The notes beneath the pieces are model-generated. The model was not told the origin of the DNA and ran no database searches. It was given only the letters and a program-made list of their open reading frames with translations. Positions 26,986-40,802 of a stretch of 64,000 nucleotides of DNA are shown piece by piece. The number at the start of each line of letters is the position of its first letter. Position 1 is the stretch's first letter. Both the position numbers and the translations under genes were made by a program. This DNA is from Octopus sinensis (lineage: Eukaryota): assembly GCF_006345805.1 (NCBI RefSeq), contig NC_043007.1, positions 47,182,001-47,246,000 on the forward strand, read 5' to 3'.

Positions 26986-27933
26986 GAAAATTCCTTCAGA
27001 AATATTATTGGCTCCCTCAAAATCAAAAGTGGTTAAATATTTAGCAAAAGAAATTGTAATATACTTTCTTTTAAATTCGAAGCTTAGAAGAATTTCAATA
27101 ATCGCTATTTTGTAATATCTTTTATTTAGTGTCCATCATATATTCTCATTTGTTCAGTTACTCAGAGATATGGTGTAGATCCAGAATACGAATTCAGGTT
27201 TAAGCTAAGAAAATCTACATACACGAATCGCAAATTTAGTCACCGAGGAAATTAAGTTTGCTATCATTTAAATAGCTGAACTAGTAATATTTAATTTTCT
27301 TCATGAGGTAATTAATGAAGTGCACTTATGGAAAAGAAAATGTTTTAATAACAAATAGATTCAACATAATCAAATGATGTTTATACAAAATGTTAAAATA
27401 AAATATATTAATGTTACTTAGAAAAGCCACCTTGAAAGGTCACCTATGTCAGTCGATAGACGGAGTCGATGCGCGCTCTTCATGAAATTATATCATAACG
27501 CAATCCCAAATTGTCATAACAGATGGAAACGAGGAATCAACAAAGGATAAAAAAAAAATTAGAGGAGAGGTGATTGATTATATTGTTTGTAAACGTCGTA
27601 CATTTCATAGCATATGAAGTAAAATTGTAACACTCATAGCATTGCAAATAAATTTTGAGTGGTAATTTAAGAGCATTGACTCCATTGAAACATGCTACGC
27701 ATTTGGCTTTAATAGGCACCTGTCTTTGTATTTCCGAGAAATATGTGATATCATATAAATGAAGATCAGTAGACCTTTATGTCCGACATAACTTTAATTT
27801 ATCTCGGTGATAAAAATTTGTTCATTGTTGAGCAATGAATTTCTCTCCCTCTCTCTGTCTCTCACTCTTTCTCACACACATTCTCTTTCTTTCTCTGTCT
27901 CTGTCTGTCTCTGTCTGTCTGTCTGTCTCTCTC

Positions 27934-27979
<46 letters not shown>

Positions 27980-28037
27980 TCTCTCTCTGTATTTGCCTGA
28001 TCGAAAAATCGCTGCTGAAGTAGAAAGCAAATTTGAA

Positions 28038-28232
28038 GGCGGTGAGCTAACAGAATTGTTAGCACGCCGGGCAAGATGCTTAGCAGCATTTCATCCGTCT
28101 TTACGTCCTGGGATCAAAATCAACAGAGGTCAGTTTTGCCTTTCATCCCTTTCGGAGATGAAAGGCAATAAGAATCAGTTGAACCGATGTAATCGACTTA
28201 CCCCCACCCCGAAATTGCTGGCCTTTTATAGC
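28038..28232 (+). mobile_element. SINE family B
   Basis: ggcggtgagctaacagaattgttagcacg..tttgcctttcatcc..gatgtaatcgactta. Confidence 0.85.
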
Positions 28233-28337
28233 AAAAGTATAAAACGCTCTATAACTCAGTCATCCTATTACATTATCCATGAGTACATTCAATTTTGTCC
28301 TATCAGTTACAGACATTGTATGTATATATATATATAT

Positions 28338-28445
<108 letters not shown>

Positions 28446-28729
28446 ATACGTGTTGTTATGTTATAATAAAAACTAATTGTACTTCAAATTGGACGAGTGC
28501 ATAGTTATTATTCTTTAACAAGAATAATATTGACAGTGAGTTCGCAATTTCGGCCAGCGTAGCCATCATTGGATGATGAAATTGGATGAAACTTCGATTT
28601 ACTGTTCAAACGTATTCTTGTTGTTGGGTTATATATATAATTATATATGTTGTGTTTAAGAACGTGTATTTATGAATAGTAAATACTTTTATATATTTGT
28701 GTACATAACCATTGCGTATTTAAAATATA

Positions 28730-29165
28730 TACGTAACTATGTGGTAAGGGGTTTGCTCCCCAGCCACATGGTTCGGGGATCAGTCCCACTCAGTGGCACC
28801 TTGGGCAAGTGTCCTCTGCTATAGCCTCGAGCCTATTGAAGCCTTGGGAGTGGATTAGGAAGGCAGAAACTGAAAGAAGCCCATCGTATATATATTTGTT
28901 TGTGTGTGTGTGTGTGTGTGTTTGTGTGTGCGTATATTTATCAGTGTGTGTGTGTGTGTCTGTGCGTCTCTGTTTGTCCCACCACCATCGCTGGAAAACC
29001 AATGTTGGTTTATTTATATCCCCGTAACTTAGTAGTTCGGCATAAGAAACCTATAGTATAAGTAGAATAAGCTTACAAAGAATAAGTACTGGGGTCGATT
29101 TCTTTGCCTAAAACCCTTTAAGACGATGCTCCAGCACACAGTCAAATGACTGAAACGTGTAAAAT
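28730..29165 (+). mobile_element. SINE family A
   Basis: cacatggttcggggatcagtcccactcagtggcaccttgggcaagtg head and core, TG tract, conserved tail. Confidence 0.85.
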
Positions 29166-29185
29166 ATTAAAAGGATATTCATTTA

Positions 29186-29730
29186 TTGGGTTGGCAACTA
29201 TTTTCCGGGCATTTCTTTTAATTTTAGAATCTATTTTTTTTCGAGAATTCTGTTTTTGAATCATTCTAGAATCTTTTTTTTTCTAGTTAATTTCAGTTAA
29301 TTTTTGTTTATTTTCAGATCATTAATATGGAATGTCAATTTAAGTAAAGTGATTATTTTTGCTTTTAATCAAGGTTCTAAGGCCGCAAAAGCTGCTCGCG
29401 ACATTTTTGCTATGTATGGAGAGGGTGTCAGGGCTCGTGATTTGTATACCAAGTTCCAAAATGGAAATTTGGACCTCAAAGGCACACCTTTGTTCGATGA
29501 AAAGAGATTAAACTAACTATTGCACGAAAATTCTTATCAAACTACAAGGGAACTGGCAGAGAAAATGGTATGCTCCCACACTGCTATAGAGAAGCATATT
29601 CACTCGATGGGAAAGGTTCAGAAGTATGGAGCATGTGTTTCGCATGCTTTAAGTGACAGCAACTAAAATCAACAAGCCCCAATCTCCACTGGTTTGCTTG
29701 CTCGTCACTGATCAACTCATGGACACACGC
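29186..29730 (+). mobile_element. Mariner transposon 5' half
   Basis: TA then TIR ttgggttggcaacta; IIFAFNQGSKAAKAARDI..QTTRELAEKM..GKVQKYGACVSHALS (HTH and WVPHEL-like motif). Confidence 0.88.
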
Positions 29731-31956
29731 GCGTGAGGCATTTGCGTGCAGTAATGCCATTAATATAATATATATATTAGGGGCATTACTACTCGCAAAT
29801 GCCTCAGGCGTGTTCTGTTTTAATTTTTCTGTGTTAGTATGCAACATATTTTACTGTACTTTTTCTGCATTTATTCTTATCGTAGTTTACAAATCCAAGC
29901 ATGAAAGTGTTACTCAACTTTGGAGTTTTGGAGACAGCCTCCCCCTTTTCACACACACTCGCATTATACCCTCCCTCGCATTATACACACACACACTTAT
30001 ATATTAATGATGAACATAAATACTTGGCAGCTATACATAATACTGAAATACGTAGACAAGTATATTAATACAACAAATTTTTAAAAAATAATAAAAATAC
30101 AATCAATGTATAAAAAAGACTAGATACAGATGATACATGTTGATTTTATTAAGAATTTCTCTTTATTTACAAACCTTACATTTCACAGGGTAAAAACTTT
30201 AATTTGACACCGCTCCGCAAAATGCAGAAAATGTCTGCCTCGCTATTGGCTAAAAATACCCATTTTTTAAAACCACATAACATTTTTCTCCTATTCTTTT
30301 CTCCACAACATCATACATTCAAAGCAATAAGACTAGAATGCTACATTATTATAGCCAGTTTTCAGATTTGTTACTGTCTTCTACAAAAAGTATGTAAAAT
30401 ACTAAATCCGAGTTTTTTGCAGTTACTGCTGGTTTATATTTGTTTCTATAAGTGATACACAAACTTGTGTAAATTTATCCTCCGATGATAACAAAATAGT
30501 AGAATTGATTGTTATTATTTAGATATAGGGAATCTTGTATAAATGATACATTGTTATTTTGTTTATGGGGAAACATAGGCTTATTTTTAGCATGAAATTT
30601 ATCTGATTTGGCAGCAATTTAAAGATGATATATATTTAAATAAGTTACGAAAAACAGAATGACCACCTGTAACAGCTTTCAGGTCCATTATCGCCAATAG
30701 CTGTTACGTGGGAGCAGGTGTGCTAGAAATAGCAGCCAAATCTTTGGAAGTGAGATACTTTGAATGCAATCGAAAAGTACCCTATAGGAAAAAAATCATT
30801 TCACACCGAGGTTACGAACGGGTTTTTTATGAAATATTTACCGTATTTTTAAGTCATTTTCACTTTAAAATATTTTTAAAACATGCCAAAAAAAGTTTTG
30901 TAAAATTCACTTAAGAATATTTTTTTTTTAATTAAAATATTCTTTGTTTAAAGAAAGCTCAAGTATATATTTCTTACTGAACAAGCAGCTTTCATTTTTT
31001 GAAATCAACATCACTTAAAAATATTTCTAAATTATTAAAATGTTGTGTTTAACAAAAGCGAAAATAGAAACATTTACTGTAAAACAACTCATATTTTTCG
31101 TTGGTGAGTTAATCATAATGTGCCGAATGGGAAGGTTAGAGTTTCTTCCCTTTCAGGGTAAAGTTATTTTCGGAGTACTTACCCATTATGCATAGTTTGG
31201 GGTATTTATGCCCCACAAAACCCTAATATCTCAAAACCCAATTGTCCGATAGGCGCGTAACTTGTTTTATTCTATTTGAATTCATAGTTGAGGATAGCTT
31301 AATTCATAGTATTTCCTTATTATGCGCCAGTTTGTCTGTGTAACAGTGCAAGCAAGCAAGCACGACTGAAGTTCATTTTTAATGTAATATACATACATTT
31401 TACATAAATGTATATTTTTCTTTAATTTCTATTTATTATTGATTTTATTTTGATCCTTATCTTTTTTTACCCTTATTATTTTAGTTTTGTGTTTAGTTTT
31501 ATTTACTTTATATATTTTGTAATAATAATAATAATAAAATAATAATAATAATAATAATAATAACAGCATCGAAACATACCTTAGGAATGAGAGCCCAGGT
31601 TCGAAATTTCCCCAAGACACTGGATAAAGGCTGGAGGGTATATCAGCTGAAACTCTGTGTTAGCAACAAATAAGATGAGGACAAATATCCGTCAATTGTA
31701 AATAATGTAAATAATGTACCTTTATGTTATACTTTCAAGTAGCACAGTAAATTGTCTATAATATACTATGCGCAGTACCATGAATATGTCAAATTAATGC
31801 GATAATTAAATATGTGACCGTATACTATAGACAAGATATCGCAGGAACTACGGATACCAGAGTTTAAGCGTATTCTCCTGAGGATATTATTTTTCAAGGC
31901 CAAAATTGACCTTTCATATAGTGTTCTCTTCTGATACATTGAAGATTCATAAAAAC

Positions 31957-32320
31957 GCGATGAGCTGGCAGACTCGCAAGCTCATCAGAAAAGCTTAGCG
32001 GCATTTCGTCTGTCTTTAATGTCTGAGTTTAAATTTCGCCGTGGTCAACAATGATTTCATTCTTTCGCGGTAGCTAATATACGTACCAGCTGGGCACTGG
32101 GGTCAATAAAATAAGTACCAGTTAAGCACTTGAGTCGATAAAATAAGTAACAGTTGATCACTGGGGTCGATGAACAAGTATGAGTTCAGCACTAGGGTCG
32201 ATATGTACCAGTTCATCACGGGGCTCAACAAAATAAGTACCAGTTAAGCATTGTGGTTGATGTAATCGACTTCCCCTCCTACGAAATTGCTGGTCTGGTG
32301 TCAAAACCTGCAATCAATAT
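31957..32320 (+). mobile_element. SINE family B with internal six-fold 27-32-bp expansion
   Basis: Family B head; gtaccag-type unit starts at 32083, 32115, 32147, 32178, 32205 and 32237. Confidence 0.85.
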
Positions 32321-32479
32321 TCGATTCTAGAATGAGCTTCCACACACACTTAGGAGTGTTATGTGCTACGGTGTACTCGATATATGGCATATCACTGACA
32401 ATGTGGAAAATTGACCAGTATAACATGGAGCTTTTAACAAATCTATGAACACAATTTTGAATCACGTTCTAAAAAGTTT

Positions 32480-32690
32480 CTAATTTAGGCACAAGGCCAG
32501 CAGTTTTGTGAGGTGATGGTACTCAATAACGTCTAATCACAGTACTTGATCGGCAGACTACCTCACTGACCCCGACACAATGTAAGCTAAAATTGACTTT
32601 GGCGAAATCTGAACTCAAATGTGAAGAGCTGGAACAAATAGCGAAATATATTTTTAACAAAAACACTAAGTATTCAGGCAATCAACCGCC
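32480..32690 (-). mobile_element. SINE family B, degraded
   Basis: Reverse complement matches family B (gagttcagatttcgccaaagtcaattttagc). Confidence 0.65.
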
Positions 32691-34504
32691 TACGTTACGT
32701 TATTAATAATAACATCTTTAATTAATTAATAGATTTTGAATATTATTTATTTGACAGTTCCATTGTGTGTGATGCACTTGAGTCGCCAAAAATATTACAT
32801 TTACATATTGAGCAATGGAAGATATTTTCAAGCGAAATTTTATTTGTTTTATTAAAATATTGTTGGAAATGAATTCTGCTTCCTTCTCTTTAACACTTTA
32901 ATTAATTTATTTAGACGGCCATAAAAGTGTGTTTGTTAAAAGAATTAAGTGGAATATGAAATAAATAAATTGATGTAACAACGCATTACTCTCTCAAGGG
33001 GTTGTCATGAGTTAAAGTTTCTTAGTTCTTATCCGCTTGATGTTTAATTAACTTCGCAGCGTCTCATGAATGTCCATATTGCAGAGAGACCTGTTTCCAT
33101 GGAACTAAGTATTGATTGATATATACACGATAACATTAAGAAAGAAACAGGATATATTTAGAAGTAATTAGTTTCGTTGAATTATTTGAAGTTTAAACAC
33201 ACAAAATCACGAGAAACGAAGATATAGGAAATAATTTCATGTTGATAATTCAGGAACATGGATGCCAAATAATTTTACGTGTTACTAACTAATTGAATGA
33301 TTCCAAATGAAAGAAAGCAAAACAGGAGCAGCAACCAATGTTGCAGTGGAGTAATAAAGCAGGCACTCGGTCAAACATGATATTAAGAATATTTTTAACA
33401 CGCAACAAATAAGTAAGACGGTCACTACATTTCTAGTATTGTTATTCACTCTAAGACTTGTGATTCTCGGAACAATATAACTGAACCAACTATCTTCGTC
33501 TTTCTTTCAATATTAATTACCCACGAAGTCTTTTGAACCATTATAGTATCATATATTTCAATTTCTCCATTGGAGCTTTGGTTTTGTTATATGTGTTCTC
33601 CTGTTTCAATGCAATTCTGACTTGTATATCATCGATATGTCGATCTAATACCACTTCAAAATCCATGTCTTGGCATGCAGAACCATAATGTAGAGCTATT
33701 CAATGAGGTATAATTTGAAATATCTCAATTAAATTATTTTAGTTTGATGCACATGAATGAGATTATAATGTGTACTGATATTTAAAACCAAAAGAAAAGA
33801 AAAATGAAGCAACGGGAAGTTGGCAGATTTGTCCAAAGAAATTCAATTTGCAAACATATTGCTGAGTTTTATTCAATGAAAAACCCTTGAAAATAACACA
33901 GTTGTCATTATTAGGTGTCTTCAAAGGATTTAATAAAAATGTTGCCAGGCGTCTCTATGCCGTGACTTAAATTTATAATTTTCTAAGGTGTTACAGCAAT
34001 TGAAATAGAATTTTCAGCCTTAAAAAGGAAGCCTTGTATTTTAATGTTCAGACACTGTGATTGCCAACTGAGTGGAACAATATATAGAGAAACAGAGATT
34101 GAGGGAATGCTACTACATAAATCGAGAATAACAACAACAAAAAAGTGCATTCTTAGTTAGCACATATCATAATGACTGAAATACGAGTTAGTACAACATC
34201 TGTTGTAATTTAACTTTAATGCTTTCAAAAATAAGGGGTGGATATCTTTTGATTTCTACTTAACCTAGTTATGAAATATAAGAATGAAATATTCCTGCAT
34301 TAAATAGTTGTAAAAGCATCAAAATAGCCTGTTAATCTCTCTGATAAATGCTAACACAGACAGACAGGGAGAGAAAGGGTTACAGGCAGGCAAACAGAAC
34401 AGACAGACAGTACAGAGACAAACACACAAACAGTTAAGAATATATATATATAACCACTACATTGTCTAAGAGAGGAGTATGTGTATGTATGTATGTATGT
34501 ATGC

Positions 34505-34544
<40 letters not shown>

Positions 34545-34548
<4 letters not shown>

Positions 34549-36345
34549 TAAAATACACAGTTGATCCTATATATGTGGTTGTAGAATTCTGTAACGCATT
34601 GAGGATGGTGCATTTATAAATTATATTAGACCTTCTGCAATAGGTTTGTAGAGAGCAGTTGGTCACAGGACGGCAGTTACATGGTATTGCATTGTGGGGA
34701 TTATTCTCAGGAATGGAGGTGGTAACACAGTCAGAGGAGAGGTTAGAGATGGGGAAGATTGGTGTAGGTTCTTAACATTATTAGTACTATTATCATTAAT
34801 ATTTCTATCGTTGTTATTCATCCTATTTGTAATTGTGGTGGAGGTTGTGGTAGTAGTATTCTGGTTAGTCTTAATGGGATTGGTATGGTTTCCGTTGTGG
34901 TCTAGCTTAAGGGTTCAATATTGGAGCTATGTATATGTTGGGTGCAGTGGAATTCAGAGTTGTTAAAATGTAAGTTTTGATAACAGAAAGTTTTCGTTTA
35001 TTAGAGGCTGCTATGGGCGTGGAGGAGTAGGAGAGCTTCAAGGTAGATCTATTAAAGATAGAGCAATATTTATGTTGACGTGGGAAGTTGGAGTCCAGTA
35101 TATTAAAAAAGGATTAAGCTAAGTTCTTATCGTTTAGTGAGGATTTGGGTGTATACCACAGAATGAAGCGTCCACCGCTTTTCTTTTTGGTTGCTTAACG
35201 GTAGTGTTATCTATATATTTAGAAATTAGAGTGGGGTAATATGGATCATTATTGTTATCTGTTTTAGGTTTTGACCTAATGTAATATGTGTGCGAGTGCG
35301 GTCTAAGTTATCATAATCTGGGTTCTCCCGGGGTTCTAATATAGTATATGTGTGGCCGGTTGTGATTCTGTGATTTGCATGTCATTGTGATATGTTTTGA
35401 GATATATGTTCCTTAAGCCTAGTATTAGGGATGTGTTCTATTAGTTGGGAGAAGCCGCTGGTTTTTATATGGGGCGTGGTTATCGAATATTTCCTCAGTG
35501 GATGAGAGGTCACAAATTCAGATAAGGCGGATTTGTGATGATTGGAATAAATGTTTAAGTACTTAAAGTAGTGGTTAGGATTGTGATATAGGGATTATTG
35601 GGAAGTTTCTAAGTTTCAAGTTACGTGTCGAAAATTACTGATTTTGTAGGAATTTTCAAAAGTAATATCTAGATTGAGGCTAAAGAAAAATTTGTGTAGA
35701 TCTTTCTAGTTCGTTCTAAAGGGGATTTATTTAAGCATTTGGTGGCTAGCAAGGTGTCATTTCTGTAGAGGCCTCCCTGGTTGTTAGGAAAATATATTTG
35801 GAGCTGGTGGAGTATGTACAGTCCGACGTGATCGGTGACTTGGGCGGAGTCGGATGAGACCAAAGTAATGTAAAATGATTTGTTATTGTTAGTGTTATAG
35901 TTATAATGGTAGCCGCGCCACTAAAGTTTGTCCACAAAAGAAATAAGGATTTTACGGTCATTAACGATTCTGTTAATTTCTAGTGGGATTAGGTTAGTTA
36001 GATTCCTAAGAAGAAGGTGCGCTTGTTTAAGAAGTTTGGGAGAAATAGAAGCGTAGTAATTATTTATATAGAATTGCAGGAAAGAAGAAGAGTTTTGTTG
36101 TTTAAGCGATGGAACGATGCTATGACTTCACCTGTACAGGACCATAAGTTGACGTTCAATTTCTCCTTGACGATGGGTATTATTTTATCTAGAATAATTT
36201 TGCTTATTCTTCCCCGGTCGGATTTGGTCGGGCATATGAGGCGTCTCGATGGTTTAGTTTTGAAGTCCTTATTTTCTTTAAGGTTGAAGCGTGGAGAAGT
36301 AGGGCTGTAGGGTTCTGTGCGGTCGTCCACGTGTAATTTGTTCAT
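34545..36345 (-). mobile_element. Penelope-like retroelement, long decayed RT plus GIY-YIG
   Basis: LKENKDFKTKPSRRLICPTKSDRGRISKIILDKI; later HVGLYILHQL..GGLYRNDTLL (RT core); CNCRPVTNCSLQTYCRRSNIIYKC..TYIGST (GIY-YIG); truncated at a (TA)n tract. Confidence 0.9.
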
Positions 36346-37044
36346 AAGCTCGCAATGGTTGGTGTTGATATTGTCAGGGGCGGATGTCGGTGCCAGTTTA
36401 TAAGACTTGTAGGACTTGTATATATATATGTACACACACATGTAAGCTTTGTAAAAGTGTACAAATAATATGTATTTATGTGTTTCATAAAGATATTTTC
36501 TGTAAAAAACACGAGAAAATTATGCTTCGTGGAACAATTAGGATTGATCGCGTTATAACCTTGACAATATCCAAAACAAAGTGAAGCAATATTTAGTTGC
36601 ATTCTTTTAGCACAATATGAGAGCGTTCAAGAGAAATATTTATGCCACTGGGAAAGAAGTTGCTTAATTGAATAAGACATCGCTAACTAAATGTGCGTGA
36701 GTGTGTGTGTCCTTGTGTGTACGTAAATATATGTATAGACGCCTACATGTTATAATGTAAAAATCCTGTAAGAATTCCGCTTTTGGAAACGTGTCAAATT
36801 CAAATGAATGCCGATGACATGATATGTTTCAACGTTAAGAAGTTTTGTAGAAAATTTTATTATCATTTCCACTTAAACGTTTAATCAATAGCATGCACAC
36901 CTAAGCATAGCGTGTATAAAAGCAATCTTCTTACATTTATTCTTATTATGTATATGATGTTTAAAGTGTATGTAAGTACGGATAAATATATTCCTATATA
37001 ACTGTACAATACTATATAATAGATAAATATATACATACATGCAT

Positions 37045-37138
<94 letters not shown>

Positions 37139-37144
37139 TACAGA

Positions 37145-37445
37145 TTCGATAGACCTTGACTTTCACAAGCCTTCAACAAGGTTGATCATAGATTCTTTTC
37201 AAATAAAACTACCCAACATTGTTACCCAGGGTTAACTATTAAAGTGAATTGAAAATTGAATATTTCTTGGTGAACAGAAACTAGTATGTGGTGATTGATG
37301 GTGCACGAGCAAGATCAGAATGATTAATTACTGGAGTTCCATGGGGCACTATATTGGGACCACTTCCTTTGATTATTTATATTAATGATGTCCATAGATA
37401 TCATCAAGCGCAACAACATGTAACTTTCGGAGACGGCTCTAAGTG
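37145..37445 (+). mobile_element. CR1/L2-type LINE reverse transcriptase fragment
   Basis: Decayed LDFxKAFxKVDH, QYVVIDG-like, TGVPWGTILGPLPLIIYINDV, TFGDGSK (FADD-equivalent). Confidence 0.8.
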
Positions 37446-37920
37446 TCTGATCGTCATGAACTGAGTAGAGGATTGGACAATCGGATCTAATCGTTGTTAT
37501 TCAAACAGCAAAGAAGCATAATCAGCAGCTCAACGGGAATTAATTTCATCTAATCCACTTCGGAAAAAGTTTACACTTAAGTCTCCATATATTCTTCTCT
37601 TCGCATCGTGTTCTATGCTGAAACTATACACGTCTCTCGGTAAAGAGTGGTAAGAGAGGCCATTATAAATAGTCCAGTAGCTGGTCGATAACAAAAGGTC
37701 GAGAAGGTCAGGACACCGAGAGTACGTGTTGACTGTGTTGATGGTCACGTCTGTGCTGATATAGTTATCATACTGTGATACTGAGTGGAAATTATAATGA
37801 TCCAACCTTTTGAGTATAATAACGCTGTAAAACTGGGGGTCGTACAGTGCCAGGTAGAACCATTCTATTGACAACCGTCGTCAAGAGACTGATACAACAG
37901 TAGCGAAAGGCCGCTTTACA

Positions 37921-39340
37921 AAAGTGGCGACGAAGAAAGACAAATCTACGCGGAGTGAGAAATTCCCACGCAGAGTTTAAACTAATTCACGTGGAGAATT
38001 AAATATCTCGACAAGAAAGAAACAAAATCTTGTGCAAACTTACGAAGAACGTAAAATGTGGACGACGTGTTAGCTGGGGTAGTTGAATTGCAAAAGCAGC
38101 AACAACGACTCAAGGAACAACGAGAACAACAACAATGATTGCAGCAGCAAATTAAGTTGATAACCAAACCGGACAATACATTTCCACCTGAACATGTAGA
38201 AAATTCCATGGGGGAATTCAAATATGACCCCCAAGAAGGAGTAATAATCGAAGCTTACTTTCGAAGATTCCAACAAAGTTTTGAAAAAGAATATCAGGAT
38301 TGGACGGACGAAATGAAAATGCGTCTATTCTTAAGAAACCTAGCGACAGCAGAGCATGAGAAGTATAGTGACTTCATATTGCAAAAAAGAAAAAAATGCA
38401 TCCGACATAAATTTCACTGAGACTGATGACATTTTGTGCAAAATGTTTAGTGAAACGAGTTCAGTTTAATACAAGATGGAAATGATTAAACATAGAAAAG
38501 AGCGAAGTCGAAGACTCCTTACACAGGCAGAGTCAAGAAAGGATATGAGAGATTTGGGCTAGATATGCTTACTCCAGATTCTTTCAAGTGTTTGATTTTT
38601 GCACAAGGATTGACAGATAGAATTGGATATTTATCTAAACTAGAGATAGAAACTGTCGGAATAGTGTAACAAGATATTAAAATGAAGACATGACACGGTA
38701 GAAAAATAACGGAAAGAGAGTTTCCACATAAGACCAGGGTAAAAAAAGTAGGAAGACAAAAAAAGAGAAAAAATATCGGGATGTAGACCCATGTGTTGGG
38801 ATACACCTGAAAAACGATTGTTCGTATAAAAAAAGCCAAGTGTATTCGCTGCAAGTTTACAAGACATATAAAATAGGAACACAGTTTGTATCCCGTGAGT
38901 TTAAAAGGTTCTGCGAGATGCTCGCGTTAGAATACAAGATTATTACACTATATCACCCTTGATCGAATTGAAGGGCCGGACGGTTCGTAGAGACTTTTAA
39001 GAGAGCTTTAAAGAAAGCTAATAAAGAAGCCACGGACGACGTCGCGATCCAACAATTCTTAAGGGTATATAGGTTAATTCCGAACTCAAATGCACCAGAA
39101 GGAACTTCACCAGCAGAATTAATGTTTGCCAGAAGGTGAAGTCAGTATTCGATAAACTGTTACAACTGAAGAAAGAAATATATGCTAATAAAGTCATGCC
39201 AAAATTCTCTAGAAAAGGAGATAAGGTATATATAAGAATGTACAAAAATGGCATGCAATATTGGGAAGGAGGAGAAATTGTAACGTACACAGCAAGAATG
39301 ATTTATGGGGTAAGAAGTGGAAATGGAATCGAAAGGAGAC
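37921..39340 (+). mobile_element. Gypsy/Ty3 LTR retrotransposon internal remnant (PBS, gag, integrase end)
   Basis: PBS-like tggcgacga at 37925; gag FKYDPQEGVIIEAYFRRF..WTDEMKMRLFLRNLATAEHEKY; FKCLIFAQGL; integrase RFVETFKRALKK..QQFLRVYRLIPNSNAPEGTSPAELMFAR; I could not recognise RT/RNaseH; 37460-37920 may be LTR. Confidence 0.88.
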
Positions 39341-39463
39341 ATAGAAAGGAGACGTAGAAATGGAATCGAAAGGAGACGTAGCTAGCTATATGACACACGA
39401 ACCTGCGTCCATTACAACCTTCGAACAGGGGAGGTCAACCACTTCACCTTGCTAGTCAAACAT

Positions 39464-39504
39464 CTGCAGACATGTTTCAGGGTTGTTGCCCTTTATCAAT
39501 GCAG
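39464..39504 (-). ncRNA. Type I hammerhead motif with U3-A8 core
   Basis: Reverse complement of the 40015-40055 motif. Confidence 0.7.
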
Positions 39505-40014
39505 CGTAGTCAGAACCAGCAGGTGTCGCTACTGACCGTCTGTTCGAAGATTTTATTTACCTAGTTACAGTGGAATACATTCACTTGTTTTCAATAATAG
39601 AAATATTAAAATTACTAAGTCTCTCTAAAGGAGATTACGGCAGCGTTACTGGATATTAATAGTTATCGCCATACTAATATGGCAGTCTATAAATAAGGCT
39701 AAAGCTGTCGCTGATTAGCTCCAAGAGGTCATCGCCTCTAGCTAGCTATATGACACACGAACCTGCGTCCATTACAACCTTCGAACAGGGGAGGTCAGCC
39801 ACTTCACCTTGCTAGTCAGACATCTGCAGACATGTTTCATATTAGTATGGCGATAACTATTAATATCCAGTAACGCTGCCGTAATCTCCTTTAGAGAGAC
39901 TTAGTAATTTTAATATTTCTATTATTGAAAACAAGTGGATGTATTCCACTGTAACTAGGTAAATAAAATCTTCGAACAGACGGTCAGTAGCGACACCTGC
40001 TGGTTCTGACTACG

Positions 40015-40055
40015 CTGCATTGATAAAGGGCAACAACCCTGAAACATGTCTGCAG
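40015..40055 (+). ncRNA. Type I hammerhead motif with U3-A8 core
   Basis: CTGCA-TTGATAA-AGGG caacaa CCCT-GAAA-CAT-GTC-TGCAG; stem I 5 bp, stem II 4 bp, palindromic ACAUGU stem III, GUC triplet at 40048-40050. Confidence 0.72.
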
Positions 40056-40249
40056 ATGTCTGACTAGCAAGGTGAAGCGGCTGACCGCTCCTGTTCGAAG
40101 GTTGTAATGGACGCAGGTTCGTGTGTCATATAGAGGCGATGGCCTCTTGGAGCTAATCAGCGACAGCTTTAGTCTTATTTATAGACTGCCATATTAGTAT
40201 GACGATAACTATTAATATATATATATATATATATATATGCATGTATATA

Positions 40250-40473
40250 TTGGGTTGTCCGGGAAGTTGGTACCGTTTTATATTAGCTTACCCTTCGACT
40301 TACCCCCCCCAGGCACTTCAATTCTGGGAAGAGAGTATTTTCAGGTTAAAGGAAAGATGGGGACGCATTGTGCAAGAAAATGGTTCATATTTGGTTGATC
40401 AAAATGTAATGGCAAGTATTTATTGTCCTTTTTCTTTCCTTTAAAAATCGGCACGAACTTTCCGGACAACTCA

Positions 40474-40474
<1 letters not shown>
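40250..40474 (+). mobile_element. 225-bp mariner deletion derivative (MITE) with both TIRs and TA target duplication
   Basis: TA|ttgggttgtccgggaagttggtaccg ... cggcacgaactttccggacaactcaa|TA; residual RLKERWGRIVQENGSY. Confidence 0.9.
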
Positions 40475-40533
<59 letters not shown>

Positions 40534-40554
40534 TATATATATAGATATATATAT

Positions 40555-40605
<51 letters not shown>

Positions 40606-40606
40606 G

Positions 40607-40770
40607 TATCCGTACGCACATGTATATATGCAGGGATACACACATATACACGTACGCATTCATACATTTGCACGTACCAACATATTTATGCGTACACTTA
40701 TATACGTATATATACACATACATGCATAGATACGTATACACTCACACGTATACATATACACACATGTATG

Positions 40771-40802
<32 letters not shown>

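Larger units (their letters stand above)
39380..40217. repeat. 360-bp repeat unit (about 1.3 copies) followed by an inverted copy of about one unit; PLE pseudo-LTR/retrozyme-like
   Basis: agctagctatatgacac at 39380 and 39740; orientation flips at 39838-39839 (CA microhomology). Confidence 0.92.

Noticed and set aside
28530-28575. Minus-strand GGC..GCC-GAAAT hairpin with upstream CCAATGA
   Set aside because: Core positions 4-5 are wrong and stem I is absent
31616-31660. Hammerhead-like motif acac-TGGATAA-aggctg..cagct-GAAAC-TCT-gtgt
   Set aside because: U4 and the NUH triplet are mutated; a decayed relative, not called as a ribozyme
32083-32262. Short repeats resembling a CRISPR array
   Set aside because: Head-to-tail repeats with no unique spacers, in eukaryotic SINE context, with no cas genes
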